A stretch of DNA of 64,000 nt from the human T2T-CHM13v2.0 reference genome, Homo sapiens. Shown piece by piece: positions 1-43,297 of the stretch. Position 1 is the stretch's first letter; each line of letters opens with the position of its first letter. The position numbers and the translations under genes were made by a program. Under the pieces are notes generated by a model that did no database searches, was not told where the DNA came from, and saw nothing but the letters and a program-made list of their open reading frames with translations. The stretch is from the NCBI RefSeq assembly GCF_009914755.1, contig NC_060940.1, one strand, 5' to 3'.

Positions 1-1840
<1,840 letters not shown>

Positions 1841-3259
1841 GTTTGTTGTTGTTTGTTTGCTTAGTGACTATTCTGAACTAATTTTGTAAGGCCTGTGTTC
1901 TTTGCCATGTGTGGCCTATAAAGTTCTCCTGGGTTAGCTTAATTGTTAGCTAATATTTGGATGGAGATTTCCGTAAATACTTGGAAACAATGAACTTCCC
2001 AATCTTTGATGTGGTACGTGTCTTACTTTTTCCTGTTCTAGTCCCTACCAAAGCTCAGTTTGGCTACTGAATTTCTTTTTATAAGCACAGGCCATTCAGT
2101 GCTTCCTACTTGTCTACTTGCCTTCCCCTGCAACTAGGATCACTGGCTACTGGGGCTCTGAGTTGGGCTCTGCCCATCCCTTGGGATGCCACACTGATTC
2201 TTGGGGGTTGGATGTCAACCATGTCCAAACTGCTTAGTTGTGGTGATTTGTTTGTTCAGGCCTAGTGGTCATCAGATATTTGATGACCTGAATACTGCAT
2301 GGAGAGAATGGCCACAGAAACACCTAGAGCATTTGTTAATCTGATGGTGGGTATGCTGCGGGAAGTCCCATGGATACTATGAGGATTCTTTGGCCATTGT
2401 CCCTAGGTACTCCGATGAGTGAGTAGGAGGTCATTGTGCCCACTTGGCTGGGGTTGTGACTTGCTGGGGCTCATAGGGAGTCAGTATGGGGGTTAGTACC
2501 AGGAGTAAGCACCTCTTCTTTTCTTTTCTGGACCCCCAGAATCCATGGGCATGAACTTCTGGGCAGTGTGACAGGTGTCTGCTGAACAAAGCAGAACAGT
2601 CTTGTCTCCAACTAAGAATTAGAGAATCTCAGTCCTCCAGCACATAGGAGGTTTTCTTCCATTTATGATGTGATTTTGAAGAACCCCCCTTTTTCTTTCT
2701 TTCCTTAGTCTGTTTGAGTATCTCCAGAGTTGGGGACCTCGCCCTTTTCATTTCCACATAGTGTGACCCATGTGGGATAGGGGTTTTAGACTTTTCTTTC
2801 CTGTGTTCATCTCAGATCTTCCTCCCTTTGCTTCTATTCTCTGGTTCCAGTTTTGTTTTTGGATGTTTCTTGGGAGCCCTTCACTGCCTGCCCTTTGCTG
2901 AGGGATAGGTGGGATATTCTTTGATGGGGTGGGCTTCTGCTGAGACCAGTAGGTGAGGAAATTTTCCAAGTGAATACATCCTGAATGATTATTGTCTTTC
3001 TGGCTAAGTGGTTCATTCATTCTAGGCCCCAACCATCTCCAAGTTTCCTGGGAAGGACAGCTAATTGAGAGTAGCTCACTCTGGCTCCTGCTTGCCATGC
3101 TTGGGTGGGGAGAATAGCACTACATGTCCCAAAAGCCGTGGTTTGTTCTTGGTAGTAGGGCGACTGGCCAAGCGATCCTCATTAGGTGTGTGATGAAAAT
3201 CCTTCATGCCCAGAGCCTACATGTTCAGGAATGACAAGCGTCCTCTGATTCCTCTGCAG

Positions 3260-32739
<29,480 letters not shown>

Positions 32740-33011
32740 CTACTCTTCCTGCCTTAGTCACCCCTCCATGGGCCTGGTGCTAAGGTGGCTGTGGATGCCA
32801 CAGCATGAACCAGATGCCGTTGAACAGTTTGCTGGTCTTGCCTGGCAGAAGTTAGATGTCCTGGCAGGGGCCATCAGCCTAGAGCATGGACCAGGGGCCG
32901 CCCAGGGGTGGATCCTGGCCCCTTTGGTGGATCTGAGTGACAGGGTCAAGTTCTCTTTGAAAACAGGAGCTTTTCAGGTGGTAACTCCCCAACCTGACAT
33001 TGGTACTGTGC

Positions 33012-33017
33012 AATAAA
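33012..33017 (+). terminator. DUS2: DUS2 polyadenylation signal AATAAA (3' UTR about 300 nt)
   Basis: First AATAAA downstream of the stop codon. Confidence 0.8.
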
Positions 33018-34276
33018 GACACCCCCTACCCTCACCCACGGCTGGCTGCTTCAGCCTTGGGCATCTTCATAAATGGGCTTGTGTCCTGGCATGATTCTAC
33101 TCCCACCCTCTGTGCAGAGCTTGAGCTTTCCAAAGTGGATCTCCTGCCCATCTCTGTGGGTCTGGTAGAGGTGGGGAATGGGGTATCACTGGACTTGGGC
33201 CAAGTTAGGAAGGCCCAAGAAGCCCATTCTACTGATGGTACACCTGACACACTGGGCATCAATTGTATGTCCTGATGAGAGGTGATATGGAATCTGGAAG
33301 AAAGACTAGGGTAACTGGTGCTGCAGTAAGGGACTAGTCCAGTGGGGTGGGGAGTGTTGGTCTGATCCCCAGAGTCTCCAAGCCTGACAGCTGCCTGGAG
33401 TCTCAGACCTGATGAGGTGCCTGCTTTGGACAGTGGGGCACTGGAGGCGGCTGATGACAGCAATTTGGGGCCCTTATGTTTGGCAGATCACACCACACAG
33501 TCCCTCCCGTCCCCCGCCTTCCTCATCCCACTTGGGGCGGAAGGAAGTGGCAGATTCTCTTTAATTTCCTCCTGGCAGTGAGAAGCAAACAAACGGCTAC
33601 CGCATCTCATGGGGCCTCCCCCGCTTACTGGGAGGGGCGTTCTGACCAAAGGTCCCTGCCCTGTCCTGCCCCCGCTTCCTCAGCTGTAAACATGCTGCTT
33701 CTCCTCCCTTTTTCCAGGCTCCATTGGGGAGTGGGGAGGGGAGGAGTCCCCTCTGGGTCAAAGCTGTATTTCCCACATCTCCCCTGTGTCAGAGCTTTAC
33801 TGTTTTGTGGCAACTTTAACACAGGGTCAGGCACCTGTGCCAGCCAGCAGCCTCTGGCCCTGCTGGCCTCTGAGTCTAGGGTTTGGTGGGTGAGGCCTCT
33901 GTCTCAGTTCCAGCACCGCCCCCCTCCCCCCTGCCACCCACGCTTGCTTTTCTGTGTGCAGATAAGGATACCGCACTACCCACTGCCTCCCAGAGCTCAT
34001 TGCTGTTTGACCTTGGGCAACTCACTTCTAGTCCTCTCTGTCCTGAGGGCCCTCCTCTTAGAGGGGATCCGCTGTCCTCTGCCTGTGTGAGGCTGGCTGG
34101 AGGACAGTAGGCTGGCCCTTTGATAGGACTCTGCATGGTTAATGGGGTCATTCCATGCCAGGCTGCCCTAACTGACTTCCCAGACCAGTGCTCCCCGAGA
34201 AAGGGCTCCACTCAGGAGAAAGACTGAGGCTTGGTCCAGTCTCAGCCACCAAGCTTTAGGCACAATTTATTTCTGA

Positions 34277-35085
<809 letters not shown>

Positions 35086-38000
35086 GCCCCCTTTGCCTTT
35101 TCTTATACTCCAACTGGAACTGGTCAGACAGAGGCTGCAGTGCTGCCCGCCCCCACCAAGTCACTGAGTCCTAAGACCTACCTCCCCAGTGGAACTGGGC
35201 TTTGATCTCAGGCCACTTCTCCCACCAGTATGGTTTCCCTGGGGGAAGCCCCTCCTCTGGCAGGGTCAGGTTCATTTCTGGGCTCTGGGGAAGGAGAGGC
35301 AGGGATTCAGGTCTGCTATTAAGATAGAGGCTGTAATGTGGGGGCTTTGAGGGCCCTGGGAAGCACTGGGGAGAGAATCCTTTACAGGGGAGGAAGGTGG
35401 GGTGGGTCTACTATATATTCTGTGACTGAGGATGTCTGGCAGAGATCCTGGTTGGATATGTTAATCCTCAAATGATCTCACTTTAGCATACCTCAGTGTT
35501 GCCTTTCCTGGTCTCAAAGTGACCTGCCCAAGGATGGGACTGACTGGGGGGTGGAGGGGGACAGTCAGGCCTGAAAGCTCTGCCCATTGTTCTCACCATG
35601 TCCACCTTAAACTGGGCCACTTAGACTCCCAAACCTCTCCCTGGGCTAGTAGCCACAACACTTATCCATCCATTCCAGCCAGCCTGATTGAGGATTTCCC
35701 CTTAGATCATCACATTTGGGGGACAAATGGTTTTGATATGAGCATGAGAGGAAGGGATGAGTAAGGCTGGAGAGGGTGGCAGGTCTCTCAAAGGCCACAG
35801 CAAGAAGACTGGGCTGTGTGCAAAGAATCTCTTCCACCCTCAGTTCTGGATACTTGGGTCCTTCCAGTTTACTCTGCTCAGAACTCTTCCATGGGTCTCT
35901 TAAGTCTGCTCTCTGGACCAAGTCCAAACTCCTCAGCCTGGCATTTGAGGACAAAGTGCTGACCCTGTCTTCTCAGCACCCTGTGCTGACTTCAGCAACT
36001 AACTTTCTGAGATTGTAGTTGGCTGGTCTTATCCTCTCCTCCCAGATTGGGAGCTGCTCAAGGGCAGTCCTTGTGTCCCCTGTGGCTACCTTGGCATGGG
36101 TCTGGGGAGCAGGCACAGAAGAATCAAACCAGAGCTTGGGATGAGGGGGATGTTTGGCATGGAGAGGAAGAACTTTTCTAAACTCTGAATTTCCTCAGAG
36201 GCTCCTGTTTTGCCTAATGGGGAACAAGGGACTGGGGCAGGCTAAACTGTACCATCCCATGGCTCAGAGGGCACTGAAGAACTTCAACAATGGGTGCTTG
36301 GGAACAGTCCTGTGGCAGCTGATGATAATGATGGCTTTCCCTAATTCCCAGTCTTGGGTGGCATTCATACAGGAGAGAGTGGTTGTACAGTGACCCACAT
36401 AGCCCTTGTCCACCCTGGGGTTCCACCTACTGCACTGGTCCTGTGGGCCTCCTGGTTTCACAGGGCTCTCAGAGGGCTGAAGGTGGGTCCAGATGACCTG
36501 CAGGAGCTTTGGAACTGCCTGAAGAAGAGCTCATGGGGGTACATACTGGCCCTAGCTGGGGCAAAGGGCTGAAAGAGTATGTACATATCGGTGTATGTGT
36601 GTGGTCAGGCCCCTTCACAGGCTGCAGAGTTCCCAGCCGTTGCTGACTTTCTTACACACATGGTGACTCTCTTCCTGCAGTTGGTGCCCATCCCTGTCCC
36701 AGCCCTCACCATTCCTTGGTGAGATCAGAAACCCTCCCTACAATGTAATCTGTTCTAAGTGTTCTCCAGGTGCTCAGTGGCTGGGAAGACAGATGCATAG
36801 CTGAGCATTTGATGAGTGGTTGAATTTTTCAAGCCATCTACAGCTTCTCTGTGGTCCCTTCCCAGTGGAGGGGCTGACCAGCCCAGGGTCTCCCTCCTGC
36901 CTGCTGTCTGGTCTGACTATGGCTGATCCCATGATTTAGGTGAAGTCATGTCTGGAGGGACTTCAGATGAGCTGGCCAAGCCTCTGGGACCTTATACTGT
37001 ATCAGGATCCTGTTACATGTGGTACAAATAGGTGGGCCAGCAACCTGCCTGAGGCAGAGGGCTCTAGAGCTGATGTGGCATTTGGGCCCCAAGTTCCACA
37101 CTCAGGCCCTCAAGGTTGGAGATTTGCAGGCAGGACAGGTTATTGGGAAGGATAGTCCACCCGTCTAATGCCAGTTGTTCCCTCTCCTTGACCACATTAT
37201 CTTCTCCCTCTGACTTCATTCACCCCTGTCCCAGTTGAATCTAGTGATCCATCCAGAATTCTGACCATGTAAATCCCCTGCTCTAAGTCCTTCCACTGCT
37301 CCCTACTGCCGTCAGGATAAAGTCCAGACACTTTGCAGTGGCCTGCAGCATTCTGCCCACTCATCCGGCCCCACCTTAGGCTTCTGCCCACTGCAGGTTA
37401 CTTTATGGTTATCAAGTCTTTGGAAATCTGTTCTCTGCCTGGAATGAAACTTGCTCACTTCTTGTCTGTCACTCCGGTTCCTACTAACCCCTGTCAAGGC
37501 CCTGCAGCTAGCAGGCTTATGAACTGTCTCTGAGCTCCTGGCACAACCCTCATCTCTTTGTACAGTAATTATAGATTTGCTGGTCCCCTCTCCCCTACCC
37601 CTGAAGGGAGACTTTATCTCTGAATCCCCAGGAACAGCACAGGTACCGGTACAAAACACTGGGCAGAAATGAACCAATACAAGATGAACGTCTTGGATGC
37701 CCTGGACATTCCCTGTCTTCCTGACCCAAGGTCTAGTTTGGCTCCCTCTAGGGCTCCCTGGTAGCTCAAGTGTCAGTCCAGACATTGAGACCTCGGCAAA
37801 GAGCTTCCCTTTACCCTCTCTTCCCACTGGCCTTTGTGGGCGGTGTGGAATGTGCTGTAGGCCTTGCGAGAGCGGCATTTCTTTTTTTTTTTTCTCTCTT
37901 TTTTTTTAACCTATTGTAGCCTCTGAGAGGGCAGCATTTTTGGGCGCACCTGCACCCAAGCCTCTGACAGTGCCCTGGGTTCCTCCAGCAACGCGCATCT

Positions 38001-39435
38001 AGGGATGCTATGCCCTGTGGGCCCTATGCCCGGGGCACGGAGCTAGGGGAGGCGGTCACCCTACTTCTCTCACGTCCCTGTCCACCTTGCGCCTCAGCGG
38101 AGCCTTAGGTAAACAAGCCAGGCTCCCAGTCCCCAAGGACGGCCTTCACCCCAGACCCCAGGAGGAGGCGTCTTGGGCCATCTCGGGAAGGCTAGCTTGC
38201 TCGGGAGGGGCAGATCACGAAAACGGTTCTTTAGGCAGTGTCACTTCCTCTCCACTGCCAGCCACCCAATTTAGGCGGCTCCATCCCTCCCGCTTTCATG
38301 GATATGCAGCAGGATGCAGAGAGCACAGAGCTGTGATTGGCACGAGCTCACAACGGGCTTTCCCGCTCAATCTACTCAACTTCCAGCAAGGGACAGGCCC
38401 TGCCCATTGGGGTTCGCTGAGGCCTCAAACGCGCATGCTGTCAAGGGAGCAGCTGCGGGGGCCCGCTAGTGGGGACAAAGGCGCAGCCACCGGGGCGAAA
38501 GCTCCGCCCCGCAGAGGGTGGGCCTGCGGCGACCGCGAGCTCAGAGTCCGGACTTGTCGCGCAATCTGTCTCCTTCGGTTCCACCCCAACCTAGCTGGAC
38601 TCTCGGTCCGGTCCCTGCCCTCTGGAGACTCAGCCATTAAAGTTGAGGTGGGGGGATGAGGATGTGGGCGGCGTCCAGGTAACTCTGAGGGGCCCTGATG
38701 CCTTCCCTAGAGCCAGCCATCAGGAGTAACACGATGCGCCCCCACATCACCGAACCCAGAACCTCAGTGCTTCAGCACCCCTTCCTCGACATGAGCTCCG
38801 CCCAATGAGGAGAAGGGTCTTCTGCATTGGCCGGTGGTGGTCCCCTATCCAATTAGAGAGGCTAACGGCCTTCTCTCGTCTGGTTTAGAAGGAATCGCCG
38901 GGGGAATACAGGCCAAACTACAATTCCCGAGAGGTAGCTGGGCTCTGCGGGGGGGGGGGGGGGGGGCGCCTGCGTGTTCACGTGACTTCCTTCCTTCTCG
39001 CGGAGACCGAGTTACGCGATAGGCCTGTGAGGGGGCGGGGCCCGGCGCCTGTTCGCCGTGTTAGTGGCCAATCGGCAGCCAGGCAGGGTGGGCGCGCGTA
39101 GGGGGCGGGGCCGGGCGCGCGGCAGGGCGCGAGAGCGCACCCGCGGCGGCGGTGGCGGCGACTGTGGGGGGGCGGCGGGGAACATTGGCTAAGCCGACAG
39201 TGGAGGCTTAGGCACCGGTGGCGGGCGGCTGCGGTTCCTGGTGCTGCTCGGCGCGCGGCCAGCTTTCGGAACGGAACGCTCGGCGTCGCGGGCCCCGCCC
39301 GGAAAGTTTGCCGTGGAGTCGCGACCTCTTGGCCCGCGCGGCCCGGCATGAAGCGGCGTTGAGGAGCTGCTGCCGCCGCTTGCCGCTGCCGCCGCCGCCG
39401 CCTGAGGAGGAGCTGCAGCACCCTGGGCCACGCCG

Positions 39436-39538
39436 ATGACTACTGCAAACTGTGGCGCCCACGACGAGCTCGACTTCAAACTCGTCTTTGGCGAGGACGG
39501 GGCGCCGGCGCCGCCGCCCCCGGGCTCGCGGCCTGCAG
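39436..39538 (+). CDS. NFATC3: NFATC3 exon 1 coding part ([34 protein letters not shown]); intron 1 runs to window end
   Basis: ATG at 39436; NFAT N-terminal ELDFxLVF motif; donor GCAG|gtgggt (34 codons + 1 nt). Confidence 0.96.
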
Positions 39539-39640
39539 GTGGGTGCCGGGCCAGGCGGGACCGTGGAGCGACCCCGCTTCTCGCTCGCAGGATCTCTCGC
39601 TCCCTCCCTGTTCCCTTGGATGACCGGAGACCGATAACCC

Positions 39641-39670
39641 TGTGTGTGTGTGTGCGCGCGCGTGTGTGTG
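39641..39670. repeat. (TG)7(CG)4(TG)4 alternating purine-pyrimidine repeat
   Basis: Read directly. Confidence 0.95.
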
Positions 39671-41289
39671 GTGAGTTAAAAACGGATTTAAATCGCTGAG
39701 GAGGCGTGTGGGTCGCTGCGACGTGGAAGTGGTGGCGGGCTTGGCTGGAAGCAAACTAGTGGGGAACTCGACTCCGGGACGATCGGGGTTTGGAGGCCCA
39801 GGGTCCGGGCTGCTGCCCAAGTGGCGTCTGGTTGTCGTTGCTTTGCCAGTGTGTTGCAAGGAAAATGTTGTCCCTGTGAATTGTTAGCGCACTGGGTTTT
39901 TCATCTATTCTAGGTCGTTTCTTGAAATTTTAGTTTGAAAGATGCTTATTTTTCAACGGTAGGACCCCTCTAAAAATCAGGCACGTGTTTTTTTAAGTCT
40001 ACTTTGCTAGAAGAGTAATGCTTTCGAGTTAACGTCCACTCGTGCAAGTTTATGACCCACAATTAATTCGAAGTGTAACTGTAACGGGACTTTTCTGGAA
40101 ACTGGATTTCCTTACTTGAATAAAGTGTTCCGGAAGATTTTTTTTTTAATAGTGGGTTGCTTTTTTCATAATTTTCCTAGAAAGTTCTAGAAGTCGATTT
40201 TTATTTAAAGAAAAATCTCTCCTTGGAAGATATTTTAAAGGAAATCTTGAATTGGGAAAGCTGGGCACCATCATGCTTGCAGGTCAGACCAATCAGGAAA
40301 TAGAAACAGGATGACTGGGGACTTAGAGCTCTTTTGTGACCTGGTTTGGAATACTGTGGTTCATTAAGTTCAGTTTCCCTGTTACATATGCATACGAACT
40401 TCAAAAAGGAAATGGATAAGAGTAATCCCTATTTTTTCTTGCCTGGTATGAGGTGAATTTCTTAATGTTCATGTTTGATGTTCAGTAGACTGTTCTGTAG
40501 AGTTGCATTGAAAAAACATACCTGAACGTGAGGCATGAGGATTCTCTAGGCGGTACTTATTTTATCGGTCCTTTTAGTCTTCATATGCTAGATGTCTTTT
40601 TCACTGTAGTACATAATTTATAATAGTTATGTGTTGGCTGCGTTTATTTTCAATTCCATTAACATAATTTGAGCACCTATTACGTCGAACCACTCTTACG
40701 GACCCTGTAGTGTTATGATGAGGCAGAGGACTGAGGCTTTTCAAGGAGTTTGGGAAATAGTTGGAGGAGACACATAGTCCAAGTAATAACTGTACTACTA
40801 GGAAGTCTGTGAATGGTGATGCATTTTATAGTAGAGGAAGAAACAGGAAAAGTGGCATTTGTGGAGAGTGTAGCATTGAATTGTATCTAGATTATCGGGA
40901 CTTGAAAGAAAAACAGCTTGTTTGAGTATTTTTATTGTAAAAGAGATAAACAGTTGATGATGTCAGCAGATTTTATTGGGCACAAACTTGATTAGAGCAT
41001 ATATACAAATATATGATCGATAAGGGTGTTAACCAAACATATGAATAATAAAGGAATTGTGTGACTACATAAGTAGGAATTGTATATACAACCAAAATAC
41101 TGAATAACATTTCAAAGCTATGAAAAAATTTTTAATGATCTTTACCATACGCAAAAGCCATTTTGATATTAAAATAGGTCTAAAAGGAGTTATCTGTAAC
41201 TTGATTTATAACTGAAATTTCAAAAGGTAAACATCAGCAGTTTTATTTGTCACATAAAGTCCACTTTAAAATATTTTAAGCAGGTAATT

Positions 41290-41715
41290 TTTTTTAAAGT
41301 TTTTTTAATATTAAGGCAAAATACATATGAAAAAACAAACCTTCTTAAAGTGAACAATTGAGTGCATTCAGTGTTGTGCAGCTACTGCTTCTGTCTACTT
41401 CTAAAACATTTTCTTCATCCAAAAGAAAACTCAGTACCCATTAAACAGTTGCCCCATATTTTTCCTTCCCTCCTCCCAACCCCTAGTAGCCACCAGTCTG
41501 GGATCTGTCTCTATGGTACCTCTTCTAGATATTTTATATAAATAGGATAATATAATATGTGACCTTTTGTGTCGGACTACCTCATTCCTTTCTATGGCTG
41601 AATAATATTCCATCGTGTGTGTGTATAAAGGAACACAATTTGTTCACCAATTGATGGACATTTGGGCTTTTTCTGCCTTTTGGCTATTGTGAATAGTGCT
41701 GCTATGAACACATAG
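41290..41715 (-). mobile_element. L1MB-like 3'-end fragment
   Basis: L1M 3' UTR motifs (atggctgaataatattccat, gctattgtgaatagtgctgctatgaa). Confidence 0.8.
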
Positions 41716-42076
41716 CAATTAATTTTGAAATTCTGTTGAGGATGTGTTATATATTCACAGCTAAGTTTTCAGAATTACTTGTTCACAAAATAAGTTTTCA
41801 TTTTACTAAGCATAATTATGAGTATGTAGTTTGAAGGAACAAAGTGGATTCACTGAAATGATTTTAGGATAATATATGCAGTAAAGTGGAAAATAAGAAT
41901 AAAATGGTTAGTAGAATTCAGATCCTTGCTGGGTTATATCAGTGTGTTTGCCGAACTTATTTTTGGATTCTCTTCCTCACTGGAATGGAAGTTCCTTGAG
42001 GTCGGGGATAGTGTCTGTATCTTTTTCAGTTATATTATCAGTGCCTAGCTAGCACAGTGCCTTTACATAGTAGGCA

Positions 42077-42716
<640 letters not shown>

Positions 42717-43205
42717 CCTATATTTTGTTAAATAAGTGAATAAATAACACCTAAGTTTTGAATCATTGCTCACTGCTCTTTCGTGGTAGAGGAAATTGAC
42801 GAGAATTGTTTCAGTTCTTTGGCTTTTATTGATGAGTTCCATAAATTAGATCTTGGTAATTTGGGGCTGCAGTGGTTTTACATCTCTGAAGGTTTGGGAG
42901 TACTTGTATCACAACTAAATTTCCATACAGTGAGAAGATTTTTGAAAAATAGTGAGGTAAGTGGATAGAGAGTGAGGACAAGCCAAGGGCTGAATTTAGT
43001 GAATGTCCTAAGCAAGCTTGTTAAAGTGCTAATTAGATGATGTGAGATGGACTTGATAACGCTTAATAATGTTGTATGTTGTATACATTTGTGACTGACG
43101 ACTGACTTTTTAAGACTACTGTTTGCGAGATATTTTGAGATTTTTTTCCATTAAAGAAAATTTAAGACCCTAGAGTCGTCAGCTTTCTTATTTATTTATT
43201 TTTTT

Positions 43206-43297
43206 AGACAGTCACATTTAGTAGTGGGGGGTTGTATACCAACTTTAGTGACGCTAATGTTAATACATTATAATAACTCTCTACCGTCAGACCAGCC
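43206..43297 (-). pseudogene. Y4 RNA (RNY4) retropseudogene
   Basis: Reverse complement reads GGCTGGTCTGACGGTAGAGAGTTATT...GTCACTAAAGTTGGTATACAACCCCCCACTACTAAATGTGACTGTCT. This is full-length Y4-like, about 12 mismatches to hY4 as recalled, and is followed by an A-rich tail. Confidence 0.92.

Larger units (their letters stand above)
38000..39850. promoter_or_regulatory. NFATC3: CpG island / NFATC3 promoter
   Basis: Dense CpG and Alu-free. GC boxes at 39032-39040 and 39102-39110. CCAAT/ATTGG at 38802, 38826, 38849, 39068 and 39184. ACTACAATTCCC at 38917. TCACGTGAC at 38978. No evident TATA box. Confidence 0.92.

Noticed and set aside
2267-2348. Small palindrome with TGATGA...CTGA resembling a C/D-box snoRNA
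   Set aside because: Box C lacks the 5' purine, there is no proper terminal stem or recognisable guide, and it is ~900 nt from the acceptor
33032-34090. 143-aa (-) and 204-aa (+) ORFs downstream of DUS2
   Set aside because: No recognisable homology or exon structure; expected by chance at this GC content. A PhyloCSF check would settle it.
39361-39435. Long N-terminal in-frame extension of NFATC3
   Set aside because: In-frame TGA at 39403-39405
38087-39859. Several 70-190 aa ORFs on both strands of the CpG island
   Set aside because: Stop-codon scarcity in GC-rich DNA; mostly non-ATG starts
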